Assembly (NCBI GenBank): GCA_964497135.1
Contig: CAZCDO010000001.1
Span: 239-64,238 of the forward strand
DNA length: 64,000 bases
Source: an uncultured Verrucomicrobiota bacterium
GTDB taxonomy: Bacteria; Verrucomicrobiota; Kiritimatiellia; CAIKKV01; CAIJXV01
Reading direction: 5' to 3'
Below are positions 1-9,571 of this stretch, piece after piece. The notes beneath the pieces are model-generated. The model did not search any database. It saw only the letters and a list, made by a program, of their open reading frames with translations, and had not been told where the DNA came from. Positions within the stretch are counted from its first letter, which is position 1; every line of letters begins with the position of its first letter. A program made the translations under genes and the position numbers.

Positions 1-251
1 CCGGCATCGGCATCCGCACCACGTTCAGTGAACGACAGGCGGACGGGACGTTGCGACCCTGGAAAATCCGCTATGCGGGAATCGTGGTGGAAAACAACCT
101 GTGTACCGACAGCGTCGTCGGCATTGCCGTGGAAGACGGCGCCGATGTCGCTTTGCGGGGCAACGCATGCCGCGATGTGCAGTACCCGTTCAGCCGCGTG
201 AAGATTCCATTCCCGATTCTGGACGCAACCTATACCTCGAAGGAGAAATAG
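1..251 (+). CDS. partial CDS (3' end only; 5' end lies outside window): right-handed beta-helix protein, paralog of the gene at 2034..4514
   Basis: Open frame runs to the window edge with stop TAG at 249-251. The last ~60 aa (IVVENNLCTDSVVGIAVEDGADVALRGNACRDVQYP) align with the C-terminus of the 826-aa protein at 2034..4514 (LVVERNHLRDCHIGIAVEEGARAIVRRNTFKNVVYP). Confidence 0.55.
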   Translation, partial: GIGIRTTFSERQADGTLRPWKIRYAGIVVENNLCTDSVVGIAVEDGADVALRGNACRDVQYPFSRVKIPFPILDATYTSKEK

Positions 252-257
252 AACATC

Positions 258-1964
258 ATGCCCTTGAATGTCAAGATTGGTTCCGTATGCCAGGATGCCA
301 CGGAAGCTGCCCGAATTGTCGAGTCCCGTCTGGGTGAGATGGACGGCCCCTGGGAGACGCCCCTCCAGATTGATTTTGCGGACGATGCCATTCACGGCTT
401 CAATCTGGAGATGAAAAACGGGACGGCCCGCATCACGGCCCGGGAACCGCGGGAGTTCATCGCCGGCGCCGGCAGACTGCTGGCGGTCTTGCGCGCCTCC
501 GGCGGATCGCGCGACTGGCCGCAAGGCCAGTGGCGGGAGGACCCGCCGCAATCGCTGCGGACCCATTATCTGCCGGGACATTTCGGCAACTCCTTTGAAG
601 TGGCCTGGCCGAATGAGATGCAATGGTATCTGGAGGACCTGGCGCTCTGGGGCTCCAGCGGCTATAATGACTGGTTCGATCCCAACGACATGCCCGATCC
701 CTTCCATCCTCATGTTTACTGCAGTGGTTCCATGAGTTTGTGGCACCGCAAAAAGGAATTCATGCGGCGGGCGAAAAAACTGGGGCTGGATATCGGTCTC
801 GGCATCACCCACAACGTGGGCTTCCTGGATCAGATGCGCCCGGAATGGACCGGGGTGCGCAGCCTGAAACATCGCGTGCAGGGCCAGGTGCTCTGCCCCT
901 CCATTCCGGAGGCCCGTGCCGTCTGCCTGCGCAATCACGAGAATCTGTTCGCCGATCTGGCGGAAACCGGCGTGCAGATCGATAGCTTCACCTATGCGCC
1001 CTACGACGATGGCGGGTGTGCGTGCGAAAAATGCCAGCCGTATTTCCCGACTTTTCTCAAGATGGCCGCGGAAATTCAGGAGATTGCCCGCCGCTATTTT
1101 CCAAAGGCCAAGGGCAACCTGTGCGGCTGGTGGATGACCGCCGAGGAACTGCGCCAGGTGGCCGATTTTGTGAACGGGCCGGCCCGGAACTGGTTCGGTG
1201 TCTTCCAGATCAGCGTGGCCTATGATGCCTTTGGCGGCCCGGATGCGGGAAGGGAAGCCATCCTGAACGATCTTTCGCTCGGGATTTTCTTCCATATCGC
1301 CTACTCGGGCGACAAGCGCGATGTGTACCTGACGACGGGTGCCCATTCGGCGCCGCGCCGCATCCAAAGCGTCTTGCGCGGCGTCAAAGACCAGGGACTG
1401 CTTGGATTTGTCACCTACAATGAAAGTTTCGGGGATCACTTTAACCAGTTTCTTTGCACCCGGCTGGCCCGGGTGCCCGACGCCGAGCTGACGGAATTGA
1501 TCCGCGACTACTGTCGCCAGATGTATCGGTTGGGCGGGGAGGATCTGGACACGATGGCGACCGTGCTCGGGGAGCTCGAGTCCCTGTCGCCGGAAAAGGC
1601 GGCCGGCTGGGCGGATACCCTGTCGAGGCTCCGCCCCCGCGTCGTCGTTCCGGAACGCCAGCCCTGGGCCTTCGAGCACTTCGCGATCAAGGCCGAACTG
1701 CTCGCGCTGGATCATCGGATCGGGACCGGGGAGGACTGGAAAAGCGCCCACGAGGTGGAACCCATTCTCCCGCTGATCCGGAAGCGGCTGGATCTTTCCG
1801 AACGGTTGTGGCGGGGCGTTTACGGGTTGGGGGTTCTGAGGCATATTTTCACGCCCCTGTTTATGCTGCCCGCCTGGCACCGGCGCTATGCGGATCTGTG
1901 CCTGCCGGGGGAGGTGGAGCGTCGGCTCCGTCCCGATTTCGTGCGTGTTAGTGAGCAGGCCTGA
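258..1964 (+). CDS. hypothetical protein (568 aa), family not recognised; possibly carbohydrate-active given context
   Basis: Long ORF with AGGAG 11 nt upstream of ATG 258. Cys motif CACEKCQPYF. No signal peptide. Coding-like composition. Confidence 0.6.
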   Translation: MPLNVKIGSVCQDATEAARIVESRLGEMDGPWETPLQIDFADDAIHGFNLEMKNGTARITAREPREFIAGAGRLLAVLRASGGSRDWPQGQWREDPPQSLRTHYLPGHFGNSFEVAWPNEMQWYLEDLALWGSSGYNDWFDPNDMPDPFHPHVYCSGSMSLWHRKKEFMRRAKKLGLDIGLGITHNVGFLDQMRPEWTGVRSLKHRVQGQVLCPSIPEARAVCLRNHENLFADLAETGVQIDSFTYAPYDDGGCACEKCQPYFPTFLKMAAEIQEIARRYFPKAKGNLCGWWMTAEELRQVADFVNGPARNWFGVFQISVAYDAFGGPDAGREAILNDLSLGIFFHIAYSGDKRDVYLTTGAHSAPRRIQSVLRGVKDQGLLGFVTYNESFGDHFNQFLCTRLARVPDAELTELIRDYCRQMYRLGGEDLDTMATVLGELESLSPEKAAGWADTLSRLRPRVVVPERQPWAFEHFAIKAELLALDHRIGTGEDWKSAHEVEPILPLIRKRLDLSERLWRGVYGLGVLRHIFTPLFMLPAWHRRYADLCLPGEVERRLRPDFVRVSEQA

Positions 1965-2033
1965 TGGTATGCTTGACCTCACAACCCCAGGCCCGGTCTC
2001 GCCGCCGGAACCCTGCCGAAAGAGAAACTGACG

Positions 2034-4514
2034 ATGACAGCATCCACCCGTATCACTCAGGTTATGGAACCGGTTCTACCGGACACCTGCGCGGTTTTGA
2101 CCGTTGCCGGCGCGGATGAGCGGACCCGGCTCTATGCCTTTCCGCTCGCCGATCAGCGCCCCGGGCTTCCCGGAGATGCGCTGGCACCGGACGTAAACCC
2201 TTTTGCGGTGCGGATCCTCCAACGCAGTGGCGAATGCCTGACCGTGGCCATGCCCCGGCGCCCGGAACACGCCTGGGCCTTTCAGACCGCTCCCGACTAT
2301 CTTCCGGATGAAGCTTGGATCGTTAACCGTCCGCGGTTGGACTGGCATTGGGGATATCGCTGCAATCCCGGCGGGGACCTGGTACTGCTCGGTCGCAATT
2401 TGGTTGCAGCGCACCATTATCCGCGCCCGGATCGGGAGCATCCGGTGAGTTTCGGCGGTTTGCTGACGGGAAAGACCAAAGTCGTTGCGCGTCGGAAAGG
2501 GACCCAGCGCTTCATTCCGCTTAAGGCCACGATCTCCAGCGCTTATGAAGCGCATATCGTCCTGCCGGCGGACCTGTTGCCGGGATCGTACGAGGTCTAC
2601 GCCCACAGTGGGATTGGAGGCGCCCTGGGTTGGTCGGATCCCCTGGAGATTGACATCAAGCCGGCGGAGGTGTGGCCGGATACCGTTTTCGAGGCGGACC
2701 GCTACATTAAAAAATGCCGCGGGGATATAGACGCGGGCATTGCCCTGGCGCTGACAGCCATGATCCGGAACAAGGGCGGAATCCTGCGATTTTCGGCCCG
2801 GGTTTACGGCATAGGGAAAACCATTGTCATGCCGCCGCGATCCGTCCTGCGCGGCGCCGGGAAAGATCGGACCCTGCTTCGCCTTCCCGCGGGGGAAGGC
2901 CCGAAACCGCCGTTTGTGGCGGTCACCGGAGACCGGGATTTCGCGGTGGAGGATTTGCGGATCATCGGCGTGCATGCGCCCACGTTGATCTGTGCGCCGC
3001 GTTTCGTCGCCGATACCTTTGACGAAGCCTTCCTCATGAAGCGGGTCTGGCATGAAGGCCGCGCCTCCGGCATCCGCATCAGCCGCTGTCATCTGGAGCA
3101 GATTCCCTTCATGCACGAAATGCGCCGGAAGGACAAGGCACATCTGGCCCGCCTGGCGAAAAGCCTGTACATGGGGCCCCAGGGGCTGGGCGTGGAGATG
3201 TATCAGGCCGTGATGATTCACGGCGACGACTGTCTGATCGAAGACAACACCATTATGGGCGGCGGACACGCGGTCTGCCTGGACCGGTCGCAGGGCGTTC
3301 GGGTCAGCGGCAATGTGCTCAAAGCCGGGCCGGCCGGCACGGCGCTCTTCTTTGCGAGCAAACTGACCTGGCCGGACGATCCCGCCCAAGGCGGCGCACC
3401 CATTCGCGGCAATTACTGCAACCGGGCCCTGGTGGATGGCAATGAGATCACCACCTATTCCGAGCGCGCCCGCAACCTCCTGAGTTTTATATTCGGGGGC
3501 GAACGCCTGCATGTCGCCCGCAACCACATTCACGGGATTCAGCCGACCAACGACGCGGAGGCGCTCCTGACGCACCTCTGGAGCGCGCGCTGGAGCTCCG
3601 CGTCATTGCGAATGACCGGCCCGGTTACCGGTGACATCGTGGATCCGAAAGGCGAACTCGCAAACGAGTGCCTCGAAGACGGCGCGGTGGACCTGGTCGG
3701 CGGGCGGGGGGTCGGGCAGATCCGGCGCATCCTGTCCCGCCAGGGGAACCGGATTGAAATTGAGCGCCCCTGGAAAGCGGACCCTGACGATACCAGCCAG
3801 GTGGTGTTTACCGCGCCCCTGCCGTTCTGCATGATCAACCTGGTGGACAACCGGATTGTTTCGCAGGCGGTGAATATCATCGTCTGGGGCGTTTCCAACG
3901 ATGTCATGATCGATGGTAATTATACGGCGGACGGTCCGGGGATTTCCGTCTGGTCCATCCGCCTGGCACCGGACCAGAAGGTCTGGGGTGGTGCCGGGTT
4001 CACGCAGATCATCAACAATACCGTGGATCGCGGCTGGTCCTTCTGTGAACCGGGCGACAGCCTGAAACTGGCCCGGGTCAACGGCATCTTTATGGTCGCC
4101 AGCAAATGGAAGTCCTCCGCCCCGGATCTCGGGTATGATTTCCTGGGGCTGGTGATCCGCGACAATCTATTGCTGAACCATGCCGGCATTTCCCTGCCGA
4201 TGACGTACGATTGCGAGGCGGCGGACGGACACCGCCAGCGCTGGCGCATTAATGAATCCGGACTGGTGGTGGAACGTAATCATCTTCGTGACTGCCACAT
4301 CGGGATTGCCGTGGAAGAGGGTGCCCGGGCCATTGTGCGCCGCAACACGTTCAAGAACGTCGTCTATCCGCTACTCCGGCCGGGCGGAAGGGGTTCCCTA
4401 CCTGGGGATGACCTGCACGGTCCTGACCCTGATGCTGGACGGTCTCTGCGCAAAATATTCGTTAAGTCTCCTTTCGGGCGACCAGTGAGAGTTCCGATTA
4501 TTGGGAGCGACTAA
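2034..4514 (+). CDS. pectate-lyase-fold (right-handed parallel beta-helix, Pectate_lyase_3-like) protein, putative polysaccharide-active enzyme
   Basis: 826-aa ORF. N-terminal region resembles the Pectate_lyase_3 entry motif (GDIDAGIALALTAMI...GGILRFSARVYGIGKTIVMPPRSVLRGAGKDRTLL) followed by repeated beta-helix turns (GNVLKAG, NHIHGIQ, VDNRIV). Tandem paralog fragment at 1..251. Confidence 0.6.
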   Translation: MTASTRITQVMEPVLPDTCAVLTVAGADERTRLYAFPLADQRPGLPGDALAPDVNPFAVRILQRSGECLTVAMPRRPEHAWAFQTAPDYLPDEAWIVNRPRLDWHWGYRCNPGGDLVLLGRNLVAAHHYPRPDREHPVSFGGLLTGKTKVVARRKGTQRFIPLKATISSAYEAHIVLPADLLPGSYEVYAHSGIGGALGWSDPLEIDIKPAEVWPDTVFEADRYIKKCRGDIDAGIALALTAMIRNKGGILRFSARVYGIGKTIVMPPRSVLRGAGKDRTLLRLPAGEGPKPPFVAVTGDRDFAVEDLRIIGVHAPTLICAPRFVADTFDEAFLMKRVWHEGRASGIRISRCHLEQIPFMHEMRRKDKAHLARLAKSLYMGPQGLGVEMYQAVMIHGDDCLIEDNTIMGGGHAVCLDRSQGVRVSGNVLKAGPAGTALFFASKLTWPDDPAQGGAPIRGNYCNRALVDGNEITTYSERARNLLSFIFGGERLHVARNHIHGIQPTNDAEALLTHLWSARWSSASLRMTGPVTGDIVDPKGELANECLEDGAVDLVGGRGVGQIRRILSRQGNRIEIERPWKADPDDTSQVVFTAPLPFCMINLVDNRIVSQAVNIIVWGVSNDVMIDGNYTADGPGISVWSIRLAPDQKVWGGAGFTQIINNTVDRGWSFCEPGDSLKLARVNGIFMVASKWKSSAPDLGYDFLGLVIRDNLLLNHAGISLPMTYDCEAADGHRQRWRINESGLVVERNHLRDCHIGIAVEEGARAIVRRNTFKNVVYPLLRPGGRGSLPGDDLHGPDPDAGRSLRKIFVKSPFGRPVRVPIIGSD

Positions 4515-4931
4515 GCAGGTCGACGAAGTGTAACCGCGTAAGTGTGGGACGAAGTGTTGGGAGAATGAGACACCAACAGCCAACATCCAATGGCCAACAG
4601 CCAACCCCCAACTTTTGGCCCTTCCTGATGTGGTCATTGAACGCTCAATGATTGACAGCGGAAGGGGAGCGACTAATGAGGCTTTGTAGAGGATTCGCGA
4701 TGTCGTAGGGCCTTCGCTCGTCGAAGGCCGGCTTGGAACAGGCGCGCCGACGAGCGGCGGCCCTACGGTTTGTGCGGGCATGCAACATCCGGGCTGGCAA
4801 CATCCCACTTGTGTTTTGGGTGCGGTTCGGGCACACTTTTTTTCGAAACCGATGATTTAACGGCATGGGGTGGGCCAGGGTTCCTGCCGCTGCAACCGCG
4901 ATTTTGGTGCTTTAAAATACAAGGAAAATCC

Positions 4932-6971
4932 ATGAATTCCACCCTACTTCATGTTGAGATGGTCGCCTCTATTCGAGCGGCGGCCGAACGCCTGCAAGCG
5001 ATTTACCCCCCGCCTGACACTCTGAGTGACAGTGTGCGGATCTCGGCCGATGCCGCGGTGGAGGGGGAAGTGATTGCCCATTACCAGGGCGAACAGCGGA
5101 TTCGGTTGGGCCGCCATCGGATCGACTGGGGGGAGGGATCTTCCACTCCCCAACAGTTAACCTATCGGATGGGGTTTATCCACGACCTCGCCACCGCCTA
5201 TCGGGTGCTCAAAGACGAACGCTATGCCGAGGCGGCGCGGGATTATCTGGCCGAATACATCGCCTCCTTTTCGGCGGTCCCCATCGGGACCCATCATAAT
5301 GTCGATAATACCCTGACCCTGTGCGGGCGAAATGCCAACTGGAGCCGAAGCCTGCATCTGTTGGTCGACAGTCCCGCGTTCGATCCCGAATTCGTTGCGC
5401 GGGTGGTGGCCTTTATCGCCGCGCAGTTCGATTACCTTCGGAACAACCTGTCCACCACCATCAACTGGCGGGTCTTCAATGCGCGTAATCTGTTGGCGGG
5501 TGGTCAGTACCTGGCGTTTCTGGAGCAGGCCGCCGACTGGCGGCAATATGCCGTCCGGGTCCTGAACGATGCCTGGTTCCGGCAATTCCTGCCGGATGGC
5601 GTCCACTCTGAGCGGAACCCGATCTATCATACGGGCATGGCCGGCACCTTTTGCGATTTGCTGAAACTCAGCCGGGCGATGCCGGAACTGGGCTTGATCA
5701 TGACCCTGGAGTCCCTGATTCCGGCCTATGACTTTATCCTGGCCTGTGTCAAGCCGAACGGATATCTCTGCGGGATTCACGATTCGCAGTCTGAGTTCAC
5801 CGGGCATCGGCGCGATGACGTGCATACGACCTCGCACAAGGGCGTCGATAATACCCGGACGTGGGAGGAATTTCGCAAGGACTTTGATTTGTCGCTGGAC
5901 CGTCCGACGACCCGCCAGATATTCCCGGATGCGGGGCTGGCGTTTTTACGCACCGGATGGGATGAGGATGCCGGGTGGATGAGTTATGATGCCACCCAGT
6001 GGGGGGGAGGGCATTGCCACCTCAGCCGGAATGCCATCCAGTTGCACGCCTTCCGGCAGAGCATGATCATCGATCCCGGCTGGCTCAGTTATGAATCGAA
6101 TGAGTGGGGGGTGTATGGGCGGTCAACCCGGGCGCACAGCACCTGCAACCTGAACGGACGGAATCAGTTGTCCACCAATCCCAGTCGCCTGGCGACCCAT
6201 GGGGCGCCGGGTTACGAGGCGGTGTTCAGCGTGTATGAGGGGGGTTATTGGGATACCGATTTAAAGTGGACCTTTACGCATGCGGCGGAGGGACTCTGGG
6301 CCCAACACGCCCGGATTCTGTTCTGGGTCCAGGACCGGTTTGCGTTGGTCGTCGATAGTCTATTCCGTTTGCCGCATCGACCGGATGATCCGGAAGCGGA
6401 ACGCCCGAGTTATGAATGCGTGTGGCAATTGGCGCCGGGCGCCGAGATCGATCTGCAACCGGATCAAAACCGCGCCGTGGCTCAATGGAAGGCGGCCGGT
6501 CTTTTACTATTAAACCCCATCCGGCCGGCCGGGTCGCGCTATGAGATCCATACCGGCGAGACCGCCCCCCTGCGCGGCTGGGCGCCGGGCGAGGGACAGC
6601 ATCATCCCGCCCCGCAACTCGTGTTGAATACGCCCCGGATGGATCGCCCGCACGACTACTACGTGTCCGTATTGATGCCGTTTAAAGGGCGACAGGCGCC
6701 GGAGGTCGTGGTGGAGGCGAAGTCGCCGATGGGCCAGACGGGTTATGTTCGCCTGCGCGGGGCCGATGGCACGACGGATGAAGTTCATTGGGGATGCAAC
6801 TTCAACCTGATGCTGGGAAAACAAGCGGATTTTGAGACGGATTCCTCCCTGGTTCATCTGCGGAAGGATGCCGCCGGTCAGGTCGTGGGGGGGTGTTGTG
6901 TGAATGGAACTTATCTCAAGCCGTTCGATTCGACCCGGCGCGCGAAGCCGGAAACCTTCCGGTTTGAATGA
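4932..6971 (+). CDS. heparinase II/III-like polysaccharide lyase
   Basis: N-terminal alginate-lyase-like alpha/alpha domain. C-terminal Hepar_II_III signature WGGGHCHLSRNAIQLHAFRQSMIIDPGWLSY (GHxH...D...F...vDpG..Y pattern). Start chosen at MNSTLL (ATG 4932) downstream of an AAGGAAAA RBS; the ORF track begins upstream at 4770. Confidence 0.65.
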   Translation: MNSTLLHVEMVASIRAAAERLQAIYPPPDTLSDSVRISADAAVEGEVIAHYQGEQRIRLGRHRIDWGEGSSTPQQLTYRMGFIHDLATAYRVLKDERYAEAARDYLAEYIASFSAVPIGTHHNVDNTLTLCGRNANWSRSLHLLVDSPAFDPEFVARVVAFIAAQFDYLRNNLSTTINWRVFNARNLLAGGQYLAFLEQAADWRQYAVRVLNDAWFRQFLPDGVHSERNPIYHTGMAGTFCDLLKLSRAMPELGLIMTLESLIPAYDFILACVKPNGYLCGIHDSQSEFTGHRRDDVHTTSHKGVDNTRTWEEFRKDFDLSLDRPTTRQIFPDAGLAFLRTGWDEDAGWMSYDATQWGGGHCHLSRNAIQLHAFRQSMIIDPGWLSYESNEWGVYGRSTRAHSTCNLNGRNQLSTNPSRLATHGAPGYEAVFSVYEGGYWDTDLKWTFTHAAEGLWAQHARILFWVQDRFALVVDSLFRLPHRPDDPEAERPSYECVWQLAPGAEIDLQPDQNRAVAQWKAAGLLLLNPIRPAGSRYEIHTGETAPLRGWAPGEGQHHPAPQLVLNTPRMDRPHDYYVSVLMPFKGRQAPEVVVEAKSPMGQTGYVRLRGADGTTDEVHWGCNFNLMLGKQADFETDSSLVHLRKDAAGQVVGGCCVNGTYLKPFDSTRRAKPETFRFE

Positions 6972-6993
6972 GCCGGGGAATGAGGGACGTTCC

Positions 6994-7833
6994 ATGAAAT
7001 CATTTCGCGTCGGGGCCATAGCCCTTAACCCGGTTCCCGCCAACACGAGGGTCAATCTGGCCAATATCCTGCGTTGGACGGAACGTGCGGCGGGCGAAGG
7101 GGTTGAATTATGCCTGTTTCCTGAGGGGATTTTGTCCGGGTATGGTCTGACGGAAATCGATTCTTGTTCCCGGTCGATTGACGCCGTCGAAATTCGTGAA
7201 ATACGTGCTGCGGCGGAGCGCCTGAAAGTGATCGTTTCTTTTGGGCTTCTCGAGAAAGCCGCGGAAGGCTTCTATGTCTCACAGATCTTTACCGGTCCGG
7301 GGATTTTTGAAGTCTATCGGAAATGTCATCTGACCGAGGACGAAAAACTAAAGTGTCGGGCGGGAGACCGTTTATCGGTTCAGGATTTGGGTTTTGTCAA
7401 AGTGGGGACCCAAATCTGCTATGACAGCGCTTTCCTTCGAGCCTCCGAAACGCTGGTTCGGCGCGGTGCGGAGTTGCTGTTTACCCCGACGGGACATGCG
7501 TTTTACACTCGCGCCGATGAGCCCCGGGATTATCCCCGGGCCATTGAACAACGCCGGCGGCATGTCAATCAATACTGGCGGACCCGGGCCTATGATTTCT
7601 CCAGTTATGCCATTTATGTCGACAATGTTGGGGAGACGTCCACGGGGGAATGGTATCCCGGTTATGTCGGTGTTTTTGGACCCGACGGGAGTGTGTTGGC
7701 GGAAAGCACCACCGGGGCTGACGCGCTGGTCATGGCGGATCTCGACGGATCCTTTCTGGAAAAAGCACGTGCGGAGTGGATCGGCCATTATCGGGCCCTG
7801 GCGGATGGGCGTCCGGAACTTTACGATGCCTGA
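6994..7833 (+). CDS. carbon-nitrogen hydrolase (nitrilase-superfamily amidohydrolase)
   Basis: Glu-Lys-Cys catalytic triad contexts are present (CLFPEG, YRKCHL, ICYDSAF). Size ~280 aa. GAGGGA RBS 6 nt before ATG 6994. Confidence 0.7.
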   Translation: MKSFRVGAIALNPVPANTRVNLANILRWTERAAGEGVELCLFPEGILSGYGLTEIDSCSRSIDAVEIREIRAAAERLKVIVSFGLLEKAAEGFYVSQIFTGPGIFEVYRKCHLTEDEKLKCRAGDRLSVQDLGFVKVGTQICYDSAFLRASETLVRRGAELLFTPTGHAFYTRADEPRDYPRAIEQRRRHVNQYWRTRAYDFSSYAIYVDNVGETSTGEWYPGYVGVFGPDGSVLAESTTGADALVMADLDGSFLEKARAEWIGHYRALADGRPELYDA

Positions 7834-7935
7834 TTCTCTCGCGGATAGGGCTTGATGTGAGAGGAGAGAGGCGTATAGTTCCCCGCGATTGCCGAAAAGA
7901 CGGGTTTATGAATTGGATTTTTGAGGGTCACCCAC

Positions 7936-9198
7936 ATGCAAAACGATACGGTCAAACTGGGAATTATCGGTCTGGGCAGGCGGACGGAAACATTGCTTGT
8001 TTCGCTTTTTGCCACACCGGGGATCGAAGTGGTGGCGATGTGCGACCTGTCCGACGCGGCGCTCGCCAAAATCCAGGGTATTTTCACCCGGAACGGACGT
8101 TTGCTGCCGACTCCCTTCAAAAACTACCGGGATCTGTTGGCGCGCGAGGACATTGCGGCGGTCCTGATTCCCACCTCCTGGAACTCGCACCTGCCGATCG
8201 CGGCCGACGCGCTGAAGGCCGGCAAATATGCCGCGATCGAAGTGGGGGGCGCCTCTTCCACCGAGGAGCTCTGGCAGTTGGTGCATGCCTCTGAGCAGAC
8301 CGGCACCCCCTGCATGATGCTCGAAAATTGCTGTTACGGCCGGAATGAACTCATGGTTCTCAACATGGTCCGCCAGGGGCTGTTCGGGGAACTGATCCAT
8401 TGCGAAGGCGGCTATGAGCACGAAATGCGCGAGGGCCTGGCGCTGAATGTGGAGCACGGTTTTGAACGGGCCATCCACAATCGGCATCGGAATGGCGACC
8501 TCTATCCGACTCATCAACTGGGACCCATCGCCAAAATCCTGGGCATCAACCGGGGCAACCGCTTTGTGAGTCTGACCTCCACCGCCTCGAAATCGCGGAG
8601 TCTGGGGCTCGCGGCCCAGGCCCATTACGGGCGCGGGACGCCCTATGGGGATCTCACCTTCAACAAGGGCGACGTGGTCACGACGGTCATCAAATGCGCT
8701 GGTGGCGAAACCATCACCTTGACGCACAGCGTATCGCTGCCCCGGCCCTATTCGCGCAATGGCCGGGTACAGGGCACCCGGGGCATCTGGCTGGAGGACG
8801 CCAAGGGCATCTTCATCGATGGCCTCAGCCCCACCATCGAGGAGATCGATCCCGCCGGCAACCCGTACACCATGCACCGCTGGGACCCCGTTGAAAGTTT
8901 TTACGCAAAATACGACCATCCCATCTGGCGGGACTACCACCATGCCATGATCGGTGGGCATGGCGGCATGGACTGGCTGGCGATCCAGGCCTTTCTTGAC
9001 GCGGTCCGCCATAAAATCGCCACGCCGATCGATGTGTATGACTGCGCGGCCTGGATGAGTGTGACCTGCCTGTCGGAACAGTCGATCGCGCTCGGGAGTA
9101 TGCCGGTGGCGTTTCCTGATTTCACCAACGGCAAATGGATGAACCGGGCGCCGGCACCGTCCAATAAATGGGCGCTCGACACCGTGCATGAGGGGTGA
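7936..9198 (+). CDS. Gfo/Idh/MocA-family NAD(P)-binding oxidoreductase (GH109-like fold possible)
   Basis: N-terminal Rossmann motif VKLGIIGLGRRTE. Size ~420 aa. Characteristic C-terminal alpha/beta domain. GAGGG RBS 8 nt upstream of ATG 7936. Confidence 0.7.
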   Translation: MQNDTVKLGIIGLGRRTETLLVSLFATPGIEVVAMCDLSDAALAKIQGIFTRNGRLLPTPFKNYRDLLAREDIAAVLIPTSWNSHLPIAADALKAGKYAAIEVGGASSTEELWQLVHASEQTGTPCMMLENCCYGRNELMVLNMVRQGLFGELIHCEGGYEHEMREGLALNVEHGFERAIHNRHRNGDLYPTHQLGPIAKILGINRGNRFVSLTSTASKSRSLGLAAQAHYGRGTPYGDLTFNKGDVVTTVIKCAGGETITLTHSVSLPRPYSRNGRVQGTRGIWLEDAKGIFIDGLSPTIEEIDPAGNPYTMHRWDPVESFYAKYDHPIWRDYHHAMIGGHGGMDWLAIQAFLDAVRHKIATPIDVYDCAAWMSVTCLSEQSIALGSMPVAFPDFTNGKWMNRAPAPSNKWALDTVHEG

Positions 9199-9220
9199 AC
9201 CTTGATTCTGCGGAGAAAAC

Positions 9221-9502
9221 ATGACCCCTATCACGACCGGTCAGCGACTGAATGCTTGGGTGAAGCGCCATATCCGCAAGATTGAGATGACCGGGGTTCT
9301 GATGCGAATCTTTAGCTTCTCCCTGGTCAGTTGGCTAGGGCCCTCAAGTCCCTTCTTCTTCGTCTGGGCATTCAATACCACAGATGCGGTGATGCTCTCG
9401 TGGTGTTCATGCATCAAGAGAGATCCTGCTTACATTGTGTTGAATGTATTTTGGGTCGGAGTTGGAATCGTTGGGATGTCCCGTGCAGCGGGATGGTTCT
9501 GA
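9221..9502 (+). CDS. small hydrophobic (membrane) protein, weak resemblance to YgjV-family inner-membrane proteins; uncertain
   Basis: 93-aa ORF with GGAG RBS (ggagaaaacATG). Two to three hydrophobic segments. SWCSC motif. Lies in a low-GC island. Similarity to YgjV is recalled from memory only. Confidence 0.3.
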   Translation: MTPITTGQRLNAWVKRHIRKIEMTGVLMRIFSFSLVSWLGPSSPFFFVWAFNTTDAVMLSWCSCIKRDPAYIVLNVFWVGVGIVGMSRAAGWF

Positions 9503-9571
9503 GTAGTTCAACCGGCCAGCCGAACCACGAGCGGCCCCGTCCGTCGCACCGTGCCTCATCCGTGATATCTA

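Noticed and set aside
2076-3575. 499-aa antisense ORF opposite the beta-helix gene
   Set aside because: Arg/Ala/Gly/Pro-rich low-complexity translation typical of the reverse frame of high-GC genes. The sense-strand gene has recognisable domain motifs.
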